Positions 36,635 through 45,611 of a stretch of 64,000 nt of DNA are shown one piece after another. The stretch comes from Minisyncoccota bacterium (GTDB lineage Bacteria > Patescibacteriota > Minisyncoccia > Phycocordibacterales > UBA918). The stretch is from contig JAGOON010000001.1 of the NCBI GenBank assembly GCA_017992505.1, positions 2,532-66,531 of the forward strand, given 5' to 3'. Each line of letters begins with the position of its first letter. The stretch's first letter is position 1. The position numbers and the translations under genes are program-made. The notes beneath the pieces are model-generated. The model was not told the origin of the DNA. It did not search any database and was given only the letters and a program-made list of their open reading frames with translations.

Positions 36635-37192
36635 TTAGCCGAGACAAAGCGCGATGAGAATTGAATTTGTTCCAATGGCTGTCCATGGAACAATTGTATT
36701 TGCTATGTCTCTTTTTTCAGCACCATAAATCGCCAGCATACAAGCCACCATTGACCATCCCCATACCCAAATAGTGTTTGGTTCAGGATGATGCCAAAAG
36801 TCGACAGCAAGTGGTAGGCCCGACAATAAGAATGCTAATAGGTAGGCAAATATTGCAATTCGAGCACTACACTTTAACCAAAGTGTCACCGCCAAGGCAC
36901 AAAGTAATACTGACAATGTTTCAATACTCCCCCAGTGCCACGGGCTGTCACTGAACAAAATAGCAAGAACGATACAAGCTGCGGCAACACACCATCCTAT
37001 CTGAAGATATGGCTTTTTGTTTCCACTTTTATAAACCAACGTAAGTCCAAGAAAGTCGAGAAAAAGTATCATAATCCATGTTGCAAGATTTTGTGGAATA
37101 TTTTCTTGAAAGATAATCCAAGCGAAGTAAGCTGGAATTAAAAATCCAAGCACACCGCTTCCGAATAATGCCCAGTTTTTTGAATGAGCCAT
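36635..37192 (-). CDS. Hypothetical polytopic membrane protein
   Basis: 185 aa with 5-6 predicted TM helices. No recognisable motif. Confidence 0.4.
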   Translation of the reverse strand: MAHSKNWALFGSGVLGFLIPAYFAWIIFQENIPQNLATWIMILFLDFLGLTLVYKSGNKKPYLQIGWCVAAACIVLAILFSDSPWHWGSIETLSVLLCALAVTLWLKCSARIAIFAYLLAFLLSGLPLAVDFWHHPEPNTIWVWGWSMVACMLAIYGAEKRDIANTIVPWTAIGTNSILIALCLG

Positions 37193-37304
37193 TCCACTCC
37201 CCTATGTTAAAGAACCTCAAACAATTTCTTGTGCATTAGAGCACATCTGACCCCTAAATCAAAATGTACTTAGCTACACGTTCCAAGTTAGACTAACTTT
37301 GTAG

Positions 37305-37712
37305 TTACTTCTTGTATCGTTTAACTTTTTTAAAGAAATAACGAATAGTTAACGCAAGGAGAGTCCAGTAGAAAAGAAATCCTATGCCAAAAAATGGTGG
37401 TGGGGTATCTGGTTCTTGTTTTAAGAAGTTAATATAAGGCATCAACGGTCCTATCAAAACAATTTTAATGGGCAAGATGGCAGTAGCCACTGTTCTCTTC
37501 CAGACTATGGGTGAATCGGCGCCAGTTTCGAGGACGGAGTCAGGATATTGAGGGAATCCCCGTGGACCCGTTGTTCCTAAAAGAGTGGTAGTAACAAAGA
37601 GAAAAGAAAAGCCACATACAAGAAAGGTGATAACAAACTTTGTCTTTGAAATACTCATACTGTTTAGAACGTCAGTTTTCTTGTCTTCGTTACAAAGCAA
37701 AATAAAAACCAT
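37305..37712 (-). CDS. Hypothetical membrane protein (start may be Met19 at 37658)
   Basis: Hydrophobic 135-aa ORF. The annotated start overlaps a terminator hairpin. Confidence 0.3.
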   Translation of the reverse strand: MVFILLCNEDKKTDVLNSMSISKTKFVITFLVCGFSFLFVTTTLLGTTGPRGFPQYPDSVLETGADSPIVWKRTVATAILPIKIVLIGPLMPYINFLKQEPDTPPPFFGIGFLFYWTLLALTIRYFFKKVKRYKK

Positions 37713-37735
37713 ACGTAGTATGGTTTTTATTTTTA
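37703..37735. terminator. Hairpin terminator downstream of tRNA-Asn and the small ORF
   Basis: AAAAACCATAC-gta-GTATGGTTTTTATTTTT. Confidence 0.55.
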
Positions 37736-37753
37736 TTGCCCCTATCTTTTGGT

Positions 37754-37879
37754 CTACTTCTTTCCGCCTCGACCAGCCTTTTTTGCAAGCATTTCTTTTT
37801 TTGCTTCCAAGCGCTTCGGTGATTTATAAGGTCGTTTAGATGTGTTCTTTTTGGGACTTAATGCAATTATTCGTGTCAT
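37754..37879 (-). CDS. Small basic ORF (41 aa), possibly a ribosomal or nucleic-acid-binding peptide
   Basis: MTRIIALSPKKNTSKRPYKSPKRLEAKKEMLAKKAGRGGKK. Lys/Arg-rich. Sits between tRNA-Asn and a terminator. Below the ORF-track size cutoff. Confidence 0.25.
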   Translation of the reverse strand: MTRIIALSPKKNTSKRPYKSPKRLEAKKEMLAKKAGRGGKK

Positions 37880-37926
37880 GACTGTGTATGTAGTTAAGGT
37901 GTTTTAAATAATAGTTCATTTCCTTG

Positions 37927-37998
37927 CTCCGCGAGTAGGATTCGAACCTACGACCAATCGCTTAACAGGCGACTGCTCTACCGCTGAGCTATCGCGGA
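37927..37998 (-). tRNA. tRNA-Asn (anticodon GTT)
   Basis: Minus-strand sequence TCCGCGATAGCTCAGCGGTAGAGCAGTCGCCTGTTAAGCGATTGGTCGTAGGTTCGAATCCTACTCGCGGAG folds as a cloverleaf with a 7-bp acceptor stem and GTTCGAATC T-loop. Anticodon loop is CTGTTAA. CCA is not encoded. Confidence 0.85.
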
Positions 37999-38078
37999 AG
38001 TGTAGCTCTGACTTACTCTCGTAAGTCGCACCATTGTACAGTTTTTTCGCTTCTTTTCAATGTTTATAAATGACACAG

Positions 38079-38648
38079 TTAAAAGACCCAAAAAGCCCCA
38101 CCTACCGTTGCCAAAAGATACGTAAAAGTGATATTTCCAGCGGTAAGTGCTGTAAGTACAAACCAATATGGCTGACGGGCCAAACCAAGCATAATAGTTA
38201 GTAAATCAGTAGGAAGTGGGGTGAAGCCCGTATACGTGTAGATAAAGAGACCAACAACAAGACGACTTCTGTCATTAAGCCAGATCGCAATTCTATCAAT
38301 CCTGGTGCTCATTTGAGGAGAGTCAATAATATGATGAGCATGATGCCCAATCCAAAAGAAGAGGCTATCGCTCATGGTAATACCGATACCTGAAGCAAGG
38401 GCAAGAAAAAGTGGATTAAGGCCACCAGCTGACAATGTTAACACTGTTGCAACAAACGAAACGCCCGTAAATGAGGAGACTCCGCCAAAGAGGGCGATCA
38501 GGAACATCACAATATACCCATTTCGAATACCAATTATATTAACGAGATCTTCGGGTGATAAATAGTGCAAAAGCAGGACCCACGCGGCGACCGAGAAAGA
38601 AAGTACGCAAAATACCAGAATGCCATGCTGATACGTACTGCGAGTCAT
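38079..38648 (-). CDS. Hypothetical membrane protein (DedA/VTT-like?)
   Basis: 189 aa, 5 TM. Weak resemblance only. Confidence 0.3.
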   Translation of the reverse strand: MTRSTYQHGILVFCVLSFSVAAWVLLLHYLSPEDLVNIIGIRNGYIVMFLIALFGGVSSFTGVSFVATVLTLSAGGLNPLFLALASGIGITMSDSLFFWIGHHAHHIIDSPQMSTRIDRIAIWLNDRSRLVVGLFIYTYTGFTPLPTDLLTIMLGLARQPYWFVLTALTAGNITFTYLLATVGGAFWVF

Positions 38649-38700
38649 GTACTAAGCGTATCACACAAAAACACCTCGCCTAGCGAGATGTTTGTTACTT

Positions 38701-39279
38701 TTATTTTTGCCGGGCTTCTTTAAGGGCTTGTCCCCACCACGCGAGTTGATCGAGCATACCCTTAAGTGAGTCGGTGTAAACATCAAGTGCACCTGTTTTT
38801 AGAGAGCCGTCTTCTTCAAGCAAAAACCATGGTGCTTGAATATGAACAGCATTTCGAGTAGAAGCCATTTGAAGCTCAACCGCTACCTGACGAAGCTGCT
38901 CAACCACGCGACCACCACCAACGCTCCCATATGACACAAAACCAACTGCTTTTTTATTCCATTCACCGTACACGACATCAAGCGCATTCTTAAGTACAGC
39001 AGTGTAACCATGATTGTATTCGGGAGCGATAATAAGGTACGCATCAGCTTCACCAATTTTCTTTGCCCAGGCATTTACGACATCGTTACCATACTCTCCA
39101 TTTTGAACATAGGCTGGACTCATCGGCATATCAAAATACGGAAGCTCATACTCACGCAAATCCAAAACCTCAATATTCATGTCATTTCGATTTCCTAATT
39201 CCGTCTCGAGCCACGGGAGTACCTTCTCACTAAAACGAGATGGTCTCGTACTTCCAACAATTACTTTTACATTTAACAT
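38701..39279 (-). CDS. NAD(P)H-dependent FMN reductase (flavodoxin-fold quinone/chromate reductase family)
   Basis: VIVGSTRPSRFS...LIIAPEYNHGYTAVLKNALD signature of the NADPH-dependent FMN reductase family. Confidence 0.75.
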   Translation of the reverse strand: MLNVKVIVGSTRPSRFSEKVLPWLETELGNRNDMNIEVLDLREYELPYFDMPMSPAYVQNGEYGNDVVNAWAKKIGEADAYLIIAPEYNHGYTAVLKNALDVVYGEWNKKAVGFVSYGSVGGGRVVEQLRQVAVELQMASTRNAVHIQAPWFLLEEDGSLKTGALDVYTDSLKGMLDQLAWWGQALKEARQK

Positions 39280-39320
39280 AACCTTTTTTAAATTTTATAA
39301 CTACATTGTTATGCAATTAC

Positions 39321-39380
39321 TTTACTTTGTAAAGTATATAACATATTTAGCAACACTAACTTTACATTGTAAAGTACGGG
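39321..39380. promoter_or_regulatory. Two palindromic operator candidates between the divergent FMN reductase and HxlR genes
   Basis: TTTACTTTGTAAAGTA and CTTTACATTGTAAAGTAC, with inverted arms TACTTT/AAAGTA and CTTTACA/TGTAAAG. Confidence 0.5.
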
Positions 39381-39394
39381 GACTATGGTATAGT

Positions 39395-39691
39395 ATGCAG
39401 ATGAAAGGTACGAAGACCACCTGCCCTATCACCAAAGTGGCGACCCTCCTCTCGGACACTTGGACGATGCTTATTATGCATGCGCTCACTGAGGGTCCGA
39501 AGCGTTTTTGCGAACTTGAAAACACACTTAGTGGTATCTCAACCCGCACTCTCACACTTAAGCTACAAAAACTAACTGCCGAAAATCTTATAGAAAAACA
39601 TAACAACCTGTACCGGGCAACAAAAAAAGGAGCTGGTCTCAAGATTATCGAAAAAGCCATGCGGAAGTATAGCGAGCAGTACTTAGACTAA
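39395..39691 (+). CDS. HxlR-family (MarR-like winged-helix) transcriptional regulator. The ORF track start 39179 is unlikely
   Basis: CPITKVATLLSDTWTMLIMHALTEGPKRFCELENTLSGISTRTLTLKLQKL is a full HxlR domain. Typical divergent partner of NAD(P)H oxidoreductases. Confidence 0.75.
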   Translation: MQMKGTKTTCPITKVATLLSDTWTMLIMHALTEGPKRFCELENTLSGISTRTLTLKLQKLTAENLIEKHNNLYRATKKGAGLKIIEKAMRKYSEQYLD

Positions 39692-39695
39692 TACC

Positions 39696-40559
39696 ATGCC
39701 CGAGCTACCTGAAGTCGAAACAGTTCGCCTCCAACTGAAACACAAGGTTACTGGTAAAGTTATTGATTCAGTAGAAGTTTTCCACCAAAAGACTGTCGAA
39801 CATAATCGAAGTATCGTAAAAAAACTTAAAGGCAAACAGATTTGTGATATTGACCGCGTAGGCAAATTGATGATCTTTTCTTTTACTAATGAGAACAATC
39901 TTTTTTTGCTTGCTCACCTTAAAATGACGGGGCAGTTCTTTTATGTAGACAAAAGGGGTATCGTCAGTGGCGGTGGCCATAGCATGACCGCCGCCGACAC
40001 TAATCTCCCCCACAAACACACGCGCGTCGCATTCCACTTCACCGATAATACTTCCCTCTTTTTTAATGACATGCGATTATTTGGTTACACCAAGCTCGCT
40101 ACTGCAAAGGAAGTGACCGAGGCTCGTCAAGGTTACGGCCCCGAACCAATCGATCCCGAGTTTAATATAGACTGGTTTACTACAGAGGTACGGAAACGAC
40201 GCTCTCCTATTAAGGCTGTCCTACTTGACCAGTCATTTATAGCTGGACTTGGTAACATCTATGTCGATGAAGCACTGTGGCGGGCACAAGTAAAACCAAT
40301 ACGACGAGCAAATACGCTCACGAAGAGAGAAGCTACAGAGATAATCAAAGCTTCTCGCGATGTTATGCTTGAATCAATTGCTGTTGGAGGTACCACTTTT
40401 CAGCACTTCATAGATACTGGTGGTAACAATGGAAACTTTACCGATTACCTTAATGTCTTTGGTAAGCAGGGCACACCATGTTCACGATGTGGTACCGTCA
40501 TCAAAAAAATTAGGTGTGCGGGTCGAGGGACTCACTACTGTCCGAAGTGTCAGAAATAA
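39696..40559 (+). CDS. mutM: Formamidopyrimidine-DNA glycosylase
   Basis: N-terminal MPELPEVE catalytic Pro2/Glu3, an H2TH domain and a C-terminal zinc finger CSRCG...CPKC. Confidence 0.85.
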   Translation: MPELPEVETVRLQLKHKVTGKVIDSVEVFHQKTVEHNRSIVKKLKGKQICDIDRVGKLMIFSFTNENNLFLLAHLKMTGQFFYVDKRGIVSGGGHSMTAADTNLPHKHTRVAFHFTDNTSLFFNDMRLFGYTKLATAKEVTEARQGYGPEPIDPEFNIDWFTTEVRKRRSPIKAVLLDQSFIAGLGNIYVDEALWRAQVKPIRRANTLTKREATEIIKASRDVMLESIAVGGTTFQHFIDTGGNNGNFTDYLNVFGKQGTPCSRCGTVIKKIRCAGRGTHYCPKCQK

Positions 40560-40580
40560 AATAGATATATAATAACGCTT

Positions 40581-41243
40581 ATGGAAATCAAACTCGAAGC
40601 AACATGGAAAAACGCTCTCCAAGCAGAATTTGAAAAGCCATATTTTCACAAACTTACCGAAAAAGTCCGAGCCGCCTACCTTACTGGTGGTGTCTATCCC
40701 CCGCCAAAGTTTGTCTTTAACGCCCTTAGTCTCTGCCCATTTAAAAATGTTCGAGTCGTCATCCTCGGACAAGACCCGTACCATGGCGACGGACAAGCGC
40801 ACGGACTTTCCTTTTCAGTTCCTGAAGGAGTACGAATTCCGCCTTCACTACAAAATATCTACAAAGAAATTGCGAGTGATCTAAATAAGCCAATTCCGCT
40901 TTCAGGTAACCTCGAACATTGGGCAACCCAGGGTGTCCTCCTTCTCAATGCCACACTCACTGTAGAGAGTAGCAAACCTGCCTCTCACCAAGGTTGGGGT
41001 TGGGAAATATTCACCGATGCGATTATTGAAACTATTTCCAAAAACAAGGAGCATGTGGTCTTTCTTCTCTGGGGAAACTACGCTCGTGCCAAAAGATCAC
41101 TTATCGATGGCACAAAGCATTTAATACTCGAGGCACCGCATCCCTCTCCCTTTTCAGCACATACTGGTTTTTTGGGGTGTAAACATTTTAGTAAAACAAA
41201 TGATTATTTGGCAAAGCATGACCTCCCAATAATTGAGTGGTAG
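40581..41243 (+). CDS. ung: Uracil-DNA glycosylase (family 1)
   Basis: ILGQDPYHG water-activating motif and HPSPFSA. TATAAT lies 7 nt upstream of the ATG. Confidence 0.85.
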   Translation: MEIKLEATWKNALQAEFEKPYFHKLTEKVRAAYLTGGVYPPPKFVFNALSLCPFKNVRVVILGQDPYHGDGQAHGLSFSVPEGVRIPPSLQNIYKEIASDLNKPIPLSGNLEHWATQGVLLLNATLTVESSKPASHQGWGWEIFTDAIIETISKNKEHVVFLLWGNYARAKRSLIDGTKHLILEAPHPSPFSAHTGFLGCKHFSKTNDYLAKHDLPIIEW

Positions 41244-41253
41244 ACTTTCCACT

Positions 41254-41826
41254 ATGCGAAATAGAATTATTCTTGGATGTATTCTTTTTACCATCATTAC
41301 TGGTGGCGGATATTATCTCTATCAAAAGTACAACCCTACCACCTACTACAGTGACAAAGTACACGTGCATTCTGACTTTATTATTGTTATCAACGACGAA
41401 CATGTACGCCTCACTGATGAAAAATATCAATCATCAGCTGAACATATTCGACACAAAAACATTCATGTTCATGACGGAAAGGACGATGTAGTACATCGAC
41501 ATGCTGAAGGTATTACATTTGCCGAATTTCTTCAATCAATCGGTTTTACCCTCACTGATACCTGTCTCACTAATGACAAGAATGAGACGTTCTGCACCGA
41601 TGACACCAATTCTCTCGTATTATTTGTAAATGGCGAACCTGCCTCCCCTACTACTTATATAAACCAAGAAGAAGACAGGATATTTCTTTACTACGGCACT
41701 CGCAACAATCCAAAATTGCAAGAGTACGACACACTCATTACCAACAACTCATGTTTTTACTCAGGCACTTGCCCCGAGCGTGGTATTGCTCCACCAGAGA
41801 GTTGCGGACTCACCTGTGAGTTATAG
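41254..41826 (+). CDS. Hypothetical membrane-anchored extracytoplasmic Cys/His-containing protein
   Basis: N-terminal TM, then a His-rich segment (HVHSDF...HIRHKNIHVHDGKDDVVHRH) and a C-terminal Cys cluster. No family recognised. Confidence 0.4.
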   Translation: MRNRIILGCILFTIITGGGYYLYQKYNPTTYYSDKVHVHSDFIIVINDEHVRLTDEKYQSSAEHIRHKNIHVHDGKDDVVHRHAEGITFAEFLQSIGFTLTDTCLTNDKNETFCTDDTNSLVLFVNGEPASPTTYINQEEDRIFLYYGTRNNPKLQEYDTLITNNSCFYSGTCPERGIAPPESCGLTCEL

Positions 41827-41828
41827 AA

Positions 41829-41860
41829 AAAAGCCGGCACTTGTGCCGGCTTTTTTCTAT
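41829..41860. terminator. Bidirectional terminator
   Basis: AAAAAAGCCGGCAC-ttgt-GCCGGCTTTTTTCT. Confidence 0.7.
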
Positions 41861-43389
41861 ACCGCTCCAGAAAAAAAATCTGTCTTAATCTGCTTTCGTG
41901 CTACACCTGCTTTCTGGAGGAGTTTCTTGTAGTTCTGCACCATACCTGGTGGACCTGAGATGTACCACGTTCGCTCCAAGAAATCTGGTGTGCGACGTAC
42001 CAACATATCGGCGGTTACAAAGCCCTTCTCAAAGGGTTCTGTAACCTCTTCTTTGGCAACCACTGGGATAAACGTGAATGCCATCTTCTCCGTCGCAGTA
42101 TTCCATAAGTCACCATACGCAACCTCATCTTTTGTGTTCACACAGTAATACAAAACGGTGTCATGTGACTTATCACTATCAATCATGTACTGCACATGAC
42201 TCCGAAACGGCGTCACCCCAATTCCACCAGCAATAAAACCAAGTTTTATGGAAGTCTTACCAGGAAGAAGAAAGTCTCCTGCTAATTGACTCGCAATAAC
42301 AGGCTTCTCAATATCAATTGACTGTAGTGTTTCTTTAAATGAACTTCTGTTTTCAAGAATCTTCATTGCCACTCGTAGCTCTGGTTCAGTCGGAGATGAT
42401 GCAATAGTGAAGTAGCGACGAATCCCCTTACTATCAGCGGGACTGTGTGGAAGCATCCATTCAAGATACTGTCCCGCTTCAAACGTAAAACCATGGGGTT
42501 TTTTGAAGGCAAACTCATAGGTATCTTTTGCCACTTTATATTTGGCCTCCAGTGAAAGAAAAAGTTTCTGCCGTAAGCGCCATGGAATCATCAATACATT
42601 TGCTACCACCAGAGCAAATTCAGGAGTAATGTGAATCAATCCCATAAACATTGAAGTATTGGAGAGAAACCCAACTATCCCACCGTACAAAAACTGCGCC
42701 TCCTTTTTGGCGGGCATGGTAAATGGTTCGGTCAGCATAAAGAATGCTAAAAAGAGCGTTGGCCATGAGGTAAAGAATGTCTTTACCGATGTCGTGATCA
42801 CGTCCCCATAACTCATTGCCTCAGCAAGGTAGATAATAATACTCACTCCCACAAAAGCCAGTACTGGCACCCACTTACGCACCTTCATCACTACCAAAAT
42901 ACCAAGTACCAACAACGGGATAAATAAGGTTGGATTTGCAACCCACCAACTAAACGTATAGAGGCCCGTCATACTAAGTACAGCAGCACCAAGTGCAGCT
43001 GGATTCATGAAGTGCTGCTTTTTGTAGACTAAGAAGTATTTTGAAGCAATACCAATTACTACCGCAGCAATCAGTGGCCACGTCGCAAAAATGTTCTCTT
43101 CTGGAAGCGCCAAAAAAAAGAGTATCAGTGCAGTAATAATTGCTGACTCATGATTAGCTGGAATTTTCAATATCCATGCCAATACAAAGTTACACACAAG
43201 CGCAACCAATATGGCTAGTGCTAAGGAAAAAATTTGACTCAGTCCACTGTACGGTAGCCAATCTAAAAACCCGAAGAGTATAGAGAGTGCCGCAAGTGTT
43301 GCAAGTGAACCAGAAACTAAGCGATACATTCCAATATTATCAACAAATTTTTGGGTAAGTGTGAATGGTTTTGAAATTAATGTAAACAT
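41857..43389 (-). CDS. Membrane-anchored FNR-like oxidoreductase (polytopic N-terminal domain fused to FAD- and NAD(P)-binding domains)
   Basis: About 270-aa multi-TM N-terminus, then RRYFTIASSP (FAD RxYS motif), GGIGVTPF (NAD-binding) and YISGPPGMV. Confidence 0.6.
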   Translation of the reverse strand: MFTLISKPFTLTQKFVDNIGMYRLVSGSLATLAALSILFGFLDWLPYSGLSQIFSLALAILVALVCNFVLAWILKIPANHESAIITALILFFLALPEENIFATWPLIAAVVIGIASKYFLVYKKQHFMNPAALGAAVLSMTGLYTFSWWVANPTLFIPLLVLGILVVMKVRKWVPVLAFVGVSIIIYLAEAMSYGDVITTSVKTFFTSWPTLFLAFFMLTEPFTMPAKKEAQFLYGGIVGFLSNTSMFMGLIHITPEFALVVANVLMIPWRLRQKLFLSLEAKYKVAKDTYEFAFKKPHGFTFEAGQYLEWMLPHSPADSKGIRRYFTIASSPTEPELRVAMKILENRSSFKETLQSIDIEKPVIASQLAGDFLLPGKTSIKLGFIAGGIGVTPFRSHVQYMIDSDKSHDTVLYYCVNTKDEVAYGDLWNTATEKMAFTFIPVVAKEEVTEPFEKGFVTADMLVRRTPDFLERTWYISGPPGMVQNYKKLLQKAGVARKQIKTDFFSGAV

Positions 43390-43470
43390 GGAACGTATAA
43401 CTTGGTGACGATAAATACTTGTATTATCAGGTAGTACGTCTCTTTATCTTTATAATTTCATCATTTTACC

Positions 43471-44076
43471 ATGCCCTACTTCATTGCCGTTCTCGCACTC
43501 ATTGTTGTGAGCGTTGGTTTTACACTTTTTAAATCTCCAATTGAAGTTGGGCAGACTACGACTGAACCAACATCGACAGAGTTTGTAAACGAGGCCGTAA
43601 ATGCACTTACGGCAACCAACACGCCCCAAACTAATACTGAGGAAGCAGTCGAAACAGTTAGAGTGGTTTCAAAAACAGAAGAGCCTACTTCGCAACCTGA
43701 GTCAACCATAGTGCCAGTGACACCAAAATCAACGACTCCGACACCCGTACCATCCCCGACACCGACACCGGTAATAACAACTGAGTACCGTAACGGTACC
43801 TATAATACCCAGACAAGCTATCGAACACCAGACGGAACCTACCGGATGGATGTCAGCCTTACTATCGCTAACGACAAAATTACCTCTACAAATCTAAGCT
43901 TTGATTCCAAAGGTGCGCGTGATGGGTATTCAAAGCGTTTTAGTAACTCATACCAAGGCCAGCTTATCGGACAAGACCTTGGGGATGTAAACTTGTCTCG
44001 AGTTGGTGGTGCTTCTCTAACCACAAAAGCATTTAACACTGCTATCGACTCCATCCGAAGCCAAGCCACATCTTAA
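43471..44076 (+). CDS. FMN-binding domain protein (ApbE substrate candidate), TM-anchored with Thr/Pro linker
   Basis: C-terminal FMN_bind-like domain (DGTYRMDVSLTIANDKITSTNLSFDS ... LSRVGGASLTTKAFNTAIDSI) with the flavinylation-type motif [S/T/G]GAS. N-terminal TM. Confidence 0.6.
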   Translation: MPYFIAVLALIVVSVGFTLFKSPIEVGQTTTEPTSTEFVNEAVNALTATNTPQTNTEEAVETVRVVSKTEEPTSQPESTIVPVTPKSTTPTPVPSPTPTPVITTEYRNGTYNTQTSYRTPDGTYRMDVSLTIANDKITSTNLSFDSKGARDGYSKRFSNSYQGQLIGQDLGDVNLSRVGGASLTTKAFNTAIDSIRSQATS

Positions 44077-44139
44077 GAGATTTTTAAAGAACAAAAATCT
44101 GTATTACAATGGCAGACATAAAATTAAATTAGTTATTGT

Positions 44140-44577
44140 ATGCCATACATTATTGCCGTTTTAGTTATTGCTGTTCTTGGAATCGGGTTTACACTCTTGC
44201 AATCAAATAAAGTAGAAGAGACCCCGACACCAGTAGTTCAAGAAGTAGCCGTTCCCAATACAGAAACCACTACCACCAATGATTACAGGGACGGAAGTCA
44301 CACTACTAAAGTTACCTATCTCACTCCAATGAAGAGTGAGTACATACTTGATGTAACTCTAATGGTCACAAATGACATCGTGACCGATGCACAGATTGTT
44401 TACAGTCAAGGTGCTGAGAATGACCCAAACGCACAGCGTTTTGAAACAGCTTACCGAACCGAAGTAATTGGAAAAGATATCGACACCCTCAATCTCTCTC
44501 GGGTTGGTGGAGCATCCCTCACAACCAGCGCATTCAACGAAGCACTTGCAAATATCAAGACCGACGCAAAGTCATAA
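44140..44577 (+). CDS. FMN-binding domain protein, paralogue of the preceding gene
   Basis: Same architecture and clear paralogy (N-terminal MPYIIAVLVIAV... and C-terminal NLSRVGGASLTTSAFNEALANI). Confidence 0.6.
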   Translation: MPYIIAVLVIAVLGIGFTLLQSNKVEETPTPVVQEVAVPNTETTTTNDYRDGSHTTKVTYLTPMKSEYILDVTLMVTNDIVTDAQIVYSQGAENDPNAQRFETAYRTEVIGKDIDTLNLSRVGGASLTTSAFNEALANIKTDAKS

Positions 44578-45458
44578 TGTCAAAACAATTCACATTTGAG
44601 GCCATTGGGACTCATTTTTGGATTGAGATTTTTGATGAAATATCAGACGAGGAGCTCAAGGCAACCCAAGGTCGCCTTGAGCTCCTTTCGTCTGTTTTTA
44701 ATCAGGAGTATTCACGCTTTCGTCCTGATTCATTTATCTCAGAACTAAACCGAGAACGTATTCTCCAAAATTCGACCAAAGAGTGTCGTGACCTACTCTC
44801 TCTTGGCAAAGAACTCTATACCCAAACGGAGGGCGTGTTTAATATCCTGACAGGACACATCCTTGAAGCACGTGGCTATGATGCCGAGTATTCGTTTAAA
44901 GCAAGGGAAGGAGTCGAGACACTTACCATGTGTAATCCACTTACTGATCTCAATATTTCTAAAAGTGAAATCACCCTCAGTTGTGGCAATGTTGATATTG
45001 GTGGTTACGGAAAAGGTTACTTGATTGACAAGCTCGCCCGTAACCTAAGAGGACATGGTATAAAATATTTTCTTGTGAACGGTGGAGGTGATATGTACGG
45101 GACAAGCAATCACGATGAACCAATCGAAATCTATCTTGAGCACCCGACCGAGGATAAGAAATACCTCACTAAAACAACACTTCTGAATCAGGGTTTCGCT
45201 GCTTCTTCACCATTCAAACGTCAGTGGAAACATGACGAGAAGACATACACGCATATTGTATCGAATAATGAGACGCCCAATCTCGCAGTATTTGTAAAAG
45301 CAGAAAATGGTGTTTTGGCTGACGCCTTTTCCAAGGCATGCCTACTTCTATCCGAAAACAATCTTCTTCAAATAGCAGAACCAGGGACTATTACATTCGC
45401 GAGATTTAATCCCGCCACTAACCAATTCTGGCAAACGAAAGGTTTTGATGCGATATAA
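44577..45458 (+). CDS. apbE: FAD:protein FMN transferase (ApbE family)
   Basis: DIGGYGKGYLIDKLA ApbE motif. Its start overlaps the stop of the preceding FMN-binding gene. Confidence 0.8.
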   Translation: MSKQFTFEAIGTHFWIEIFDEISDEELKATQGRLELLSSVFNQEYSRFRPDSFISELNRERILQNSTKECRDLLSLGKELYTQTEGVFNILTGHILEARGYDAEYSFKAREGVETLTMCNPLTDLNISKSEITLSCGNVDIGGYGKGYLIDKLARNLRGHGIKYFLVNGGGDMYGTSNHDEPIEIYLEHPTEDKKYLTKTTLLNQGFAASSPFKRQWKHDEKTYTHIVSNNETPNLAVFVKAENGVLADAFSKACLLLSENNLLQIAEPGTITFARFNPATNQFWQTKGFDAI

Positions 45459-45611
45459 TGCAAACATATGAAATTTGTCATACTTGCACTCGGTGCTGTG
45501 ATTCTTCTCATGATGGTAAACGCTCATCTGGGAGGGAGTCCGATTTAAAAAAGAGCCAGCCTTTGGGCTAGCTCTTTTCTTTTCTACAACTTACCGTAGT
45601 ATGCTTTCATT

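Noticed and set aside
39179-39394. Upstream extension of the HxlR ORF (track start 39179)
   Set aside because: The extension would read through the palindromic operators and into the divergent promoter. The HxlR domain begins right after the internal Met at 39395.
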